Shown here: piece after piece, positions 27,731 through 36,378 of the stretch
Layout: the number at the start of each line of letters is the position of its first letter
Numbering within the stretch: the stretch's first letter is position 1
From: Thermoanaerobaculia bacterium
GTDB lineage: Bacteria > Acidobacteriota > Thermoanaerobaculia > Multivoradales > UBA5704
Reading direction: 5' to 3'
Assembly: GCA_035996875.1 (NCBI GenBank)
Contig: DASYJD010000054.1
Span: forward strand, 16,837-80,836
Length of the DNA: 64,000 nt
Translations under genes and position numbers: made by a program
The notes under the pieces: model-generated
Told to the model about the DNA's origin: nothing
The model's input: only the letters and a program-made list of their open reading frames with translations
The model's database searches: none

Positions 27731-28015
27731 ATGAGTGACCTGACCATCGAGGTGAAGACCAGCAAGTCCTCCATGGGGGAGATCCGGCCGGCGCTCGACT
27801 CCGCGCTCAAGGAGGCTTTTCCGGGCGGCATGCTGAAGTGGCACTGGGAAGAGGATGTCATGCACCTTTCCGGGCCAGGGGCCAAGGCCACCATCGTCCT
27901 GGAGAACGGCCTGCTGGTCGGCAAGGCCCATCTCAAGCCCCCCGCCAACCTGATGAAGCCGGTGATCGAGCAGAAGATCGCCGCCGTGATGAAGAAGGCC
28001 GCCGAGCCCGTCTGA
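27731..28015 (+). CDS. Polyhydroxyalkanoic acid system-like small protein
   Basis: About 94 aa; LKWHWEEDVMHLSGPGAKATI...KPVIEQKI resembles the PHA granule-region family. Confidence 0.6.
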   Translation: MSDLTIEVKTSKSSMGEIRPALDSALKEAFPGGMLKWHWEEDVMHLSGPGAKATIVLENGLLVGKAHLKPPANLMKPVIEQKIAAVMKKAAEPV

Positions 28016-28030
28016 TCCGCGGCGCGAACC

Positions 28031-28864
28031 GTGCCCGCATTCCCAAGCCCCTACTCCGCCCTGATGCACCACGGCAAGCTTGCCGGCGAGGAGCCCTGGC
28101 TCTTCCGTAGCGAAGGCCTGGACTGGCGCTGGCACTCCTGGGGCGATCTGGCCCGCCAAGCGTCTGCCTGGGCCAGCCATTTCGCCGGCCGTCCCCCGGC
28201 CTCCCGCGTTGCCTTCCCCTACCGGCCTGGACTTGAAGCGATCGCTCTCGACTTTGGAATTCAGGGTGCTGGACTGGTTTCCATGCCCATGAGCGGGGAA
28301 TCCGTCCCGGAGCCCGAGGACCCCCTCCCAAGACCCTCATCACCCCGGCCCTCTTCTCCCGACCCCTCCCAACCCCCCTCACCGGGAGAAGAGGGAGAAC
28401 AGCAAGACCGGCCAAACACGAGTGGGGCTGTGGTTCTGATCGAGGGCTCCGCGGTCGAACTGAGCGCGGTGGAGCTCATGGCGATGGCGGAGCGGATCCA
28501 GGGGGAGATCGCTCCGCCTCGGCGGGCCGGGGAACGAGAGATCGTGGTCCTCGGCGGAGCTTTGGAGGCGGTGGAGGAGCGGGCGATGTGGGCCTGGGCT
28601 ACGGTGGCGGGGGCCGCGGTGGCCCTGGAACCTGCGCCGGAGCTGCGGATCGCCACCGCAGCCTGGGTTCGTCCGACGGTGTTTCACGGCACGGCGGAGG
28701 AGATCGCCATGCTGCGGAGGTGGGCGGAGACGAAAAAGAGGCGCGGCCTTCCCTTCGGGCGGCTGCGGACGGTGCTGGTGACGGGTGGCGAGCTGGGGGA
28801 AGAAGAGGCGGCGGTTTGGCGGGATTTGGGAGTGAGGGTGGGGAGGGTGACCCATAGGCGATAA
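28031..28864 (+). CDS. Truncated AMP-binding-domain-like protein with an in-frame repeat insertion
   Basis: WRWHSWGDLARQA, RVAF, IALDFGIQGAGLVSMP, VRPTVFHG and FGRLRTVLVTGG resemble an acyl-CoA synthetase N-domain. The C-terminal catalytic domain is absent. Confidence 0.55.
   Translation: MPAFPSPYSALMHHGKLAGEEPWLFRSEGLDWRWHSWGDLARQASAWASHFAGRPPASRVAFPYRPGLEAIALDFGIQGAGLVSMPMSGESVPEPEDPLPRPSSPRPSSPDPSQPPSPGEEGEQQDRPNTSGAVVLIEGSAVELSAVELMAMAERIQGEIAPPRRAGEREIVVLGGALEAVEERAMWAWATVAGAAVALEPAPELRIATAAWVRPTVFHGTAEEIAMLRRWAETKKRRGLPFGRLRTVLVTGGELGEEEAAVWRDLGVRVGRVTHRR
28327..28403. repeat. Family A repeat copy inside a CDS, translated as PRPSSPRPSSPDPSQPPSPGEEGEQQ
   Basis: Same core as the intergenic copies, with no stop in the host frame. 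Confidence 0.85.
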
Positions 28865-29070
28865 CTTTGACGCTTCGGAGCGCGCCCCCGCCCAAGACCC
28901 TCATCACCCCGGCCCTCTTCTCCCGCCCCCTCCGCACCCCCCTCACCGGGAGAAGAGGGAGAACAGCCGGCATGGATAACGAGGACGAGGGAAAACGCCC
29001 CAGAGGTACCCCTCTCCCGGTGAGGGGGGTGCGGAGGGGGCGGGAGAGGGGCAGGGGTGAGGGTCTTGCC
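28851..29070. repeat. Family A repeat, full palindromic form
   Basis: CCCATAGGCGATAACTT end, core, and inverted GGGGTGAGGGTCTTG. Confidence 0.85.
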
Positions 29071-29118
29071 GCAGAGCGGCATAAACATGGTATATAGGGC
29101 GCGAGAGGAGAGTCACCG

Positions 29119-30567
29119 ATGTCCGAGAACGCCACTCTGGAAGCCCCACCGCCCGCTCCGCTACGGCCGCCGAACACCGCGTCGGCTTTGGAGGAGATCG
29201 CCGAGCGTGCCGATACCGTCTGGACCCGCGAGTCCGGCCGGCCCGCCAAGACGACCGTCTCCGACCGCCGCGAGCTGAAGGGGCCTCACGGCCGGATCGC
29301 CATCGTCGACGGCTGCCGCACGCCGTTCGTCAAGTCCGGCACCGACTTCCAGGGCATGGACGTCATCGATCTCGCGAGTATCGCCGCCGCCGAGCTGATC
29401 GCTCGCCTGGCCATCGACGGCAACGAGATCGACCTCTCCGTCTTCGGCGTCGTGGTGCCGGCCCTCCATGCTCCGAACCTCGGCCGCGAGGTGGTCTTCC
29501 GCACCTCGCTGCCCTGGAACATCCCCGGGGTGACGGTGAACCTCGCCTGCGCCTCCTCGACTCGGGCGATGACCTTCGGCGCCGAGGCCATCCTCACCGG
29601 CGAGGCCGAGGTCGTGCTGGCCGGCGGCGCCGAGTCGCTGTCCAACGTTCCCATCCAGTTCTCGCGCAAAGCGGCGAAGACGTTCATGGAGCTGTCGCGC
29701 GCCAAGACGCTGCCGCAGAAGGTCGGCATCCTCTCGAAGCTCCGCCCGGCGGACCTGGCGCCGGTGGCGCCGGCCATCGCCGAGTACACGACCGGCCAGT
29801 CGATGGGCGAGTCGGCGGAGAAGATGGCGAAGGAGAACGACATCTCCCGCCGTGCTCAGGACGAGATCGCCCTCCTCTCGCATCAGCGGGCCGCCGCGGC
29901 CACCGAGGACGGCCGATTGACGGCGCAGATCGCCCCGGCCTTCCCGCCGCCCCGCTACGACAAGGCGGTGACCCGCGACAACGGCATCCGCGGCGACTCC
30001 TCGCTGGAGGCGCTCGCCAAGCTGAAGCCGGTGTTCGACAAGCGCTACGGCAGCCTCACGGCCGGCAACTCCAGCCCGCTCACCGATGGCGGCTCCGCCG
30101 TCCTCCTGATGAGCGAGGAGAAGGCCAAGGCCCTGGGCTATACGCCCCTCGGCTACATCCGCTCCTACGCCTTTACCGCGCTCAACCCGGGCGACCAGCT
30201 CCTCCAGGGGCCGGCCTACGCCGCGCCGGCCGCATTGGACGCGGCGGGCCTGAAGCTCGGGGACGTGGATCTGGTGGAGATGCACGAGGCGTTCGCGGCA
30301 CAGATCCTTTCCAACATGAAGGCTTTCGCCTCGAAGAAGTTCGCCGAGCGCGAGCTGGGCCGGTCCGACCCCATGGGCGTCATCGACTTCGAGCGCTTCA
30401 ACGTCACCGGCGGCTCGATCGCCATCGGCCACCCCTTCGGCGCCACCGGCGCCCGCGTCGCCACCCAGCTCCTCTACGAGCTTCGCCGCCGTGGCCAGAA
30501 CCTCGGCCTGCTGACGGTCTGCGCGGCCGGCGGCGTGGGATTCGCGATGGTGGTGGAGCGGGAGTAG
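29119..30567 (+). CDS. fadI: Acetyl-CoA C-acyltransferase (thiolase), FadI-type
   Basis: RTPFVK, VNLACASS (catalytic Cys), NSSPLTDG, EMHEAFAAQ, GHPFGATG, CAAGG. Confidence 0.88.
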   Translation: MSENATLEAPPPAPLRPPNTASALEEIAERADTVWTRESGRPAKTTVSDRRELKGPHGRIAIVDGCRTPFVKSGTDFQGMDVIDLASIAAAELIARLAIDGNEIDLSVFGVVVPALHAPNLGREVVFRTSLPWNIPGVTVNLACASSTRAMTFGAEAILTGEAEVVLAGGAESLSNVPIQFSRKAAKTFMELSRAKTLPQKVGILSKLRPADLAPVAPAIAEYTTGQSMGESAEKMAKENDISRRAQDEIALLSHQRAAAATEDGRLTAQIAPAFPPPRYDKAVTRDNGIRGDSSLEALAKLKPVFDKRYGSLTAGNSSPLTDGGSAVLLMSEEKAKALGYTPLGYIRSYAFTALNPGDQLLQGPAYAAPAALDAAGLKLGDVDLVEMHEAFAAQILSNMKAFASKKFAERELGRSDPMGVIDFERFNVTGGSIAIGHPFGATGARVATQLLYELRRRGQNLGLLTVCAAGGVGFAMVVERE

Positions 30568-30572
30568 GAGCG

Positions 30573-31739
30573 ATTCCCTCTCCACTCTCCGGAACGTTCG
30601 TCGTCGATCTCTCCCGTCATCTCCCCGGGCCGCTCGCCGGCCGCCTGTTGTCGGATCTCGGGGCTCGGGTGGTGAAGGTGGAGGAGCCGGCGCTGGGCGA
30701 TCCGGTGCGGCTTTCGCCACCGGTGCGGGAGGGGGTGGGTGCGCTCGGGGGAATCCTGCTGGCGGGAATCGAAAGCGTGGCGCTGGACCTCAAGGACCCC
30801 GGCGCCCGCGAGGTGCTGGAGCGGCTGCTGGCGCGGGCGGACGTGCTGCTGGAGAGCTTTCGCCCCGGCACGCTGGCGCGGCTGGGCTTCCCGCCGGAGG
30901 AGCTGCGGCGGCGTTTTCCGGGCCTCGTGATCTGCTCGCTGACTGGCTGGGGGCAGACGGGTCCCTACAAGGCCCGGGCCGGGCACGACCTCACCTATCA
31001 GGCGGCGGCGGGGACTCTGGCGTCCACGGTCGCGATGCCGGCGGTGCCGGTGGCGGACCTCATCGGCGCCTGGAGCGCCGTCACCGCCATCCTGGCGGCC
31101 CTGTTGGAGCGGCAGCGGACGAGGCAGGGGCGGTGGATCGACGCCTCACTCTACGACGCCGGCCTGCACGCCAATCTCGTGGCCTGGGCCGTGGAGGTGG
31201 GAGGCGCGAAGGGTGTGGGCGAGCCACTCCCCTTGACCGGCGCCCTTCCCTGCTACGACATCTATGAAACGGCGGACGTGCGGGGGCTGGCCCTCGGAGC
31301 CCTGGAGCCGCATTTCTGGCAGCGCCTCTGTCAAGCCGTGGGCCGTAGGGATCTCGTGCGGCGGCAGTACAACGCCTCGCGGCGGGTGCGCCGGCAGGTG
31401 AGGGATCTGTTCCGCAGCCGCACTCTGGCGAAATGGATGGAGATCCTGGGCCGCGAGGACATCCCGGGCGAGCCCATTCTCTCCGCCGCCGAGGCGCGCG
31501 CCCATCCCCAGGCGCAGGAGCGAGCCGTCCTTTCTTCGGGTCCGGACCATTTGCCCCGCGTCGCCTTCCCGGCCCGCTTCGACGGCGAGCGCCCCCGGCC
31601 AGGCGGCCATGTCCCCGAGCTTGGAGAGCATACGAAAGCCCTTCTCGCCGAGCTCGGCGTGCCGCGGGACGTCGAGACCTCCCCCGGCGTCGGCCGCCGC
31701 TTCAGCCTCAAGCGCTGGCTGCGGACGGTGCTTCGGTAG
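30573..31739 (+). CDS. CoA-transferase family III (CaiB/BaiF)
   Basis: PLSGTFVVDLSRHLPGP (in frame upstream of the listed ORF), LGARVVKVE, ADVLLESFRPG, GHDLTY, ADLIG. Start is apparently ATT at 30573. Confidence 0.85.
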   Translation: MPSPLSGTFVVDLSRHLPGPLAGRLLSDLGARVVKVEEPALGDPVRLSPPVREGVGALGGILLAGIESVALDLKDPGAREVLERLLARADVLLESFRPGTLARLGFPPEELRRRFPGLVICSLTGWGQTGPYKARAGHDLTYQAAAGTLASTVAMPAVPVADLIGAWSAVTAILAALLERQRTRQGRWIDASLYDAGLHANLVAWAVEVGGAKGVGEPLPLTGALPCYDIYETADVRGLALGALEPHFWQRLCQAVGRRDLVRRQYNASRRVRRQVRDLFRSRTLAKWMEILGREDIPGEPILSAAEARAHPQAQERAVLSSGPDHLPRVAFPARFDGERPRPGGHVPELGEHTKALLAELGVPRDVETSPGVGRRFSLKRWLRTVLR

Positions 31740-31787
31740 ACTTCGCAAAGGCGTCATCCTTCCAGAGTCTTCGACGGCACCTCCTCC

Positions 31788-31984
31788 CACCCAAGACCCT
31801 CATCACCCCGGCCCTCTTCTCCCGACCCCCTCCTCCCCCTCACCGGGAGAAGAGGGAGCAAGGCAAGAACGCCCCAGGGGTACCCCTCTCCCGGGGAGGT
31901 GGATGGGGTGGTCGGGAGAGGGGCAGGGGTGAGGGTCTTGGGCGGGGGGAACCTCTGAGACACTTTAAGTTAGCGCCTATGGGG
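31788..31984. repeat. Family A repeat ending TAAGTTAGCGCCTATGGG
   Basis: Core, inverted core, and the reverse complement of the terminal motif. Confidence 0.85.
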
Positions 31985-32115
31985 CGATGCGGTGACGTGA
32001 TTGGAATGGTGGCGCCCGTAGTCGGCGGGCGAGACGAAATTCAACGGTGCCGTGATTCGGATCGGACGTCGCCCGGAGGCGGCCCCTGTACAATGCGCCT
32101 TCGGATGATCTCCCC

Positions 32116-33489
32116 ATGCTCCTGACCCTTCGCACCACCCACACCCCGGCCACCGACCTCGGCTATCTCCTCCACAAGCACCCGGACAAGATTCAGACGT
32201 TCGAGCTGGCCTTCGGGAAAGCCCACGTCTTCTACCCGGAGGCCACGGAGACGGAGTGCACGGCCGCGCTGCTGCTGGACGTCGATCCCGTGGAGTTGGT
32301 GCGCGGCGGGGGGACGCAGATCGACCAGTACGTCAACGACCGACCCTACGTTGCCTCGTCCTTTCTCGCCGTGGCGATCGCCCGGGTGCTGGGAACGGCG
32401 CTCGGCGGACGGTGCCCGGCCCGGCCGGAACTGGTGGAGATGGCCATCCCGCTGGAGGCACGGCTGGCGGCGCTGCCCTGCCGCGGCGGCGAGGGACTGC
32501 TGCGCCGGCTCTTCCAGCCGCTCGGCTACGAGGTGAAGGCGGATAACCCTCTTCTCGATCCCAAGTTTCCATCCTGGGGTGCGAGCCGCTATTTCACCGT
32601 GACGCTGCGCGCCACCTGCCGGCTGCGGGACCTTCTGTCTCATCTCTACGTCCTGATCCCGGTGCTCGACGACGACAAGCATTACTGGGTCGGCGATCCC
32701 GAGGTGGAGAAGCTCGTGCGCCGCGGCGAGGGCTGGCTTTCCACGCACCCGGAGCGCGAGACCATCACCCGGCGCTACCTGCGCCACCAGCGGAGCCTCG
32801 TGCGTTCGGCCATCTCGCAATTGACCCAGGACGAGCCGGAGATCGAAGAGCGCGCCGAGGCCCGGGACGCCGAGGAGGCTTCGCTCGAGCGCCCGCTGCG
32901 GCTCCACGACTTCCGGCTCATCGCGGTGGCCGACGTGCTCCGCGAGATCGGTGCCCGCCGGGTGCTCGACCTCGGCTGCGGCGACGGCAAGCTGCTGAGG
33001 GTCCTCGCGGACGAGCCGCAGTTTGTGGAGATCGCGGGCCTGGACGTGGACTCCCGCTCGCTCTCTTACGCCCGCGAGCGGCTGGACCGCCTGCCCCCGG
33101 CGCAGCGATCCCGGTTCCGATTGCTCCACGGATCTCTGATGTACCGCGACGCCCGGCTGGAGGGCTGGGACGCCGCCGCTCTCGTCGAGGTCGTGGAGCA
33201 TCTCGATCCGCCCAGCCTCGCCGCCTTCGAGCGGGTGGTGTTCGAGTTCGCCCGGCCGGGTACGGTCGTCCTCACCACGCCCAACGCCGAGTACAACGTC
33301 CGCTGGCCCACTCTGCCCGCCGGCCAGTTCCGCCACCGCGACCACCGCTTCGAGTGGACGCGCAGCCAGTTCCACGCCTGGGCCGATGAAATCGCAGACC
33401 GCTACGGCTACGCCGTGCGCTACCTGCCGGTCGGCGGCGACGACCCCGAAGTGGGACCGCCGACGCAGATGGGGATCTTCACGCGGTGA
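32116..33489 (+). CDS. hen1: Bacterial Hen1, 3'-terminal RNA ribose 2'-O-methyltransferase
   Basis: MLLTLRTTHTPATDLGYLLHKHP, YVNDRPYVASS, VLDLGCGDGKLL, EVVEHLD, RHRDHRFEW. Coupled to pnkp (GTGA). Confidence 0.93.
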   Translation: MLLTLRTTHTPATDLGYLLHKHPDKIQTFELAFGKAHVFYPEATETECTAALLLDVDPVELVRGGGTQIDQYVNDRPYVASSFLAVAIARVLGTALGGRCPARPELVEMAIPLEARLAALPCRGGEGLLRRLFQPLGYEVKADNPLLDPKFPSWGASRYFTVTLRATCRLRDLLSHLYVLIPVLDDDKHYWVGDPEVEKLVRRGEGWLSTHPERETITRRYLRHQRSLVRSAISQLTQDEPEIEERAEARDAEEASLERPLRLHDFRLIAVADVLREIGARRVLDLGCGDGKLLRVLADEPQFVEIAGLDVDSRSLSYARERLDRLPPAQRSRFRLLHGSLMYRDARLEGWDAAALVEVVEHLDPPSLAAFERVVFEFARPGTVVLTTPNAEYNVRWPTLPAGQFRHRDHRFEWTRSQFHAWADEIADRYGYAVRYLPVGGDDPEVGPPTQMGIFTR

Positions 33490-36035
33490 ACCTCTCCCTC
33501 CCCGAGCTTTCCCTTGTCATCCTCGTCGGCCCCTCCGGCTCCGGCAAGTCGACGTTTGCCCGCCGGCATTTCCTGGCGACGGAAGTGCTGTCTTCCGACT
33601 TTTGCCGGGGACTGGTTTCCGATAGCGAGACGGATCAATCGGCGACCGCGGACGCTTTCGCGGTGCTGCACACGATTGCCGGCAAACGCCTGCGCCGCGG
33701 CCGGCTCACCGTGGTCGACGCCACCAATACACAGCTTGAAGCGCGCAAGGCGTTGGTGGAGGTCGCCCGCGAGCACTATGTGCAATGCGTCGCGATCGTC
33801 TTCGATCTGCCGGAGGAGGTGTTGGTGGCCCGCAACCGCGAGCGGCCGGACCGCCAGTTCGGCCCCCATGTGCTGCGCAATCAGCGGAGCCAGCTCCGGC
33901 GCTCGATCCCCGGGCTTCAGAAGGAAGGATTTCGTCATCTCTGGGTGCTCCGCTCTCCCGAGGAGGTGGACGCGGTCACGCTGGAGCGCCGGCCTCTGTG
34001 GCCGGACCGGCGGTCCGACCGTGGACCGTTCGATTTGATCGGCGACATCCACGGCTGCGGCGACGAGCTCGAGGAGCTGTTGGCGGGCCTCGGCTACGAC
34101 CCGGACGAGGCGGGCGTCCCGCGTCATCCCGCGGGGCGCAAGGCGGTGTTCCTCGGCGACCTCGTGGACCGCGGGCCGCGGGTCGTCGACGTGCTCCGCA
34201 CCGTCATGGGAATGGTGGCGGGCGGCTCCGCCCTCTGCGTGCCGGGCAACCACGACGTGAAGCTCCTCAAGTGGCTGCGGGGCAAGAACGTCCGCGTGGC
34301 CCACGGCCTTCAGCAGTCGATCGACGAGCTCGAGGCCGAGACTCCCGGTTTCCGTTCCGACGTGGCCGCATTCCTCGACGGCCTGGTGAGCCACTACGTC
34401 CTCGACGATGGCCGGCTGGTGGCGGCCCACGCCGGCCTCAAGGAGGAGATGCAGGGGCGCGCCTCGGGCCGGGTGCGCGATTTCGCCCTCTATGGCGAGA
34501 CCACGGGCGAGATGGACGAGCTGGGCCTTCCCGTGCGGGCCGACTGGGCCGCTGGCTATCGCGGCGCGGCTCACGTCGTCTACGGCCACACGCCGGTGGC
34601 CGAGCCGCAATGGCTCAACCGCACGATCAACCTCGACACCGGCTGCGTCTTCGGGGGCCGGCTCACGGCTCTGCGCTGGCCGGAGCGCGAGCTGGTTTCC
34701 GTCGCGGCCCGGCAGGCCTACACGGGGCCTCCCCGGCCGTTCCTCCAGCCGGCGGCCTCCGGCCTCACCGCTCAGCAGATCGACGACGACGTGCTCGACC
34801 TCGACGACGTGGTGGGGAAGCGGCGGGTGACCACCCGGCTTGGCGGCAACGTCACCCTGCGCGAGGGGAACGCGGCGGCGGCCCTGGAGGTGATGAGCCG
34901 TTTCGCGGCGGATCCCAAGTGGCTGATCTATCTGCCGCCCACCATGTCGCCCGCCGAGACCAGCCAGCAGCCCGGAACCCTCGAAGCTCCCGCCGAGGCT
35001 TTCGCCTACTTCCGCGCCGAAGGCCTCGAAAAAGTGATCTGCGAGGAGAAGCACATGGGCTCGCGGGCGGTGATCGTCCTCTGCCGCGGCGAGGAGGCCG
35101 CCCGGCGCCGCTTCGGCCTGCGGCCGGGCTCGGGAGGCGGTCTTTGCTACACCCGCACGGGCCGGCGGTTCTTCGACGATCCGGCGCTGGAGAAGGCCCT
35201 GCTCGGCCGGGTGCGCGATGCAATGGACGCGACCGGGCTCTGGCAGCGGCTGGAAACGGACTGGGTGTGCCTGGACTGCGAGCTGATGCCGTGGTCCGCC
35301 AAGGCGCAGGAGCTGCTGCGCAATCAATATGCCGCCGTGGGTGCCGCGGCCCGCATGGCATTGCCCAAGGCGATCGCCCGCCTTGCCGAGGCGGGCGCGC
35401 GCGGGCTCGACACGGCCCCACTGCTGGCTCGGTACCGCGAACGCTACGAGCTTTCCGGCCGTTTCGTGGAGGCCTACCGCCGCTACTGCTGGCCCGTGAA
35501 CGGGCTCCGCGATCTCAAGCTCGCGCCCTTCCATCTGCTGGCGAGCGAGGGCGCCGTCCATCTCGACCGCGATCATCTCTGGCACATGGAGACGCTGGCG
35601 GAGCTCGCCCGCGCGGATGAGTCGGGGCTGATCCTCGCCACCCGCCACCGCACCGTGGACCTCGCCGATCCCGCGAGCGAGGCCGAGGCGACCCGCTGGT
35701 GGGAGGAGATGACGGCGGAAGGCGGTGAAGGAATGGTCGTCAAGCCCCTCGCCTTCGTGGCTCGCGGCCGGCGCGGCCTCGCGCAGCCGGCCGTCAAGTG
35801 CCGGGGCCGTGAGTACCTGCGGCTCCTCTACGGCCCCGACTACACGATGCCCGAAACCCTGGAGCGGCTGCGCCGGCGGGGGCTCGCTGCCAAGCGCTTC
35901 CTCGCACTGCGGGAATTCGCCTTAGGGATGGAAGGCCTGGAACGCTTCGTCCGCCGCGAGCCCCTGCGCAGCGTCCACGAATGCGTCTTCGGCGTCCTCG
36001 CGCTGGAGAGCGAGCCGGTCGATCCGCGGCTGTAG
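33486..36035 (+). CDS. pnkp: Polynucleotide kinase-phosphatase-ligase Pnkp
   Basis: Kinase GPSGSGKS; phosphoesterase IGDIHG, GDLVDRG, GNHD; ligase EEKHMGSR, EGMVVKP, KCRGREYL; ESEPVDPRL C-terminus. Confidence 0.95.
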   Translation: MNLSLPELSLVILVGPSGSGKSTFARRHFLATEVLSSDFCRGLVSDSETDQSATADAFAVLHTIAGKRLRRGRLTVVDATNTQLEARKALVEVAREHYVQCVAIVFDLPEEVLVARNRERPDRQFGPHVLRNQRSQLRRSIPGLQKEGFRHLWVLRSPEEVDAVTLERRPLWPDRRSDRGPFDLIGDIHGCGDELEELLAGLGYDPDEAGVPRHPAGRKAVFLGDLVDRGPRVVDVLRTVMGMVAGGSALCVPGNHDVKLLKWLRGKNVRVAHGLQQSIDELEAETPGFRSDVAAFLDGLVSHYVLDDGRLVAAHAGLKEEMQGRASGRVRDFALYGETTGEMDELGLPVRADWAAGYRGAAHVVYGHTPVAEPQWLNRTINLDTGCVFGGRLTALRWPERELVSVAARQAYTGPPRPFLQPAASGLTAQQIDDDVLDLDDVVGKRRVTTRLGGNVTLREGNAAAALEVMSRFAADPKWLIYLPPTMSPAETSQQPGTLEAPAEAFAYFRAEGLEKVICEEKHMGSRAVIVLCRGEEAARRRFGLRPGSGGGLCYTRTGRRFFDDPALEKALLGRVRDAMDATGLWQRLETDWVCLDCELMPWSAKAQELLRNQYAAVGAAARMALPKAIARLAEAGARGLDTAPLLARYRERYELSGRFVEAYRRYCWPVNGLRDLKLAPFHLLASEGAVHLDRDHLWHMETLAELARADESGLILATRHRTVDLADPASEAEATRWWEEMTAEGGEGMVVKPLAFVARGRRGLAQPAVKCRGREYLRLLYGPDYTMPETLERLRRRGLAAKRFLALREFALGMEGLERFVRREPLRSVHECVFGVLALESEPVDPRL

Positions 36036-36090
36036 GGGCCCTCCGTTTGCGTTCCCCAACGAACCGGAGCTAAACTTTCACCTTAAGGTC

Positions 36091-36378
36091 ATGGCTCTAA
36101 CCCACGAAGATGTAAAGAAAATCGCCACCCTGGCCCGGCTCCGGTTCACCCCGGAGGAAGAGGTGCGGCTCACCGCCCAGCTCGCCAAGATCGTCGACTA
36201 CATCGACCAGTTGCAGGCTTTCGAGATCGCGGACGTGGATCTCGGCTCGCGCGGCGTGCAGGAGGCCGAGGACCTGACGGCGCCTTGCCTGCCCCGCGAG
36301 AAGTTCCTGGCCAACGCCCCGGCGTCGCTCGACGGGTTCCTGCTTGTGCCGGAAGTGAAGGGCGGCGGCGATGCCTGA
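36091..36378 (+). CDS. gatC: Asp/Glu-tRNA amidotransferase subunit C
   Basis: VKKIATLARL, IVDYIDQL, LANAP...GFLLVPEV; immediately upstream of gatA. Confidence 0.9.
   Translation: MALTHEDVKKIATLARLRFTPEEEVRLTAQLAKIVDYIDQLQAFEIADVDLGSRGVQEAEDLTAPCLPREKFLANAPASLDGFLLVPEVKGGGDA

Noticed and set aside
32116-36035. Hen1-Pnkp as a novel system
   Set aside because: It is a well-characterised bacterial RNA repair system. Only its context is noted.
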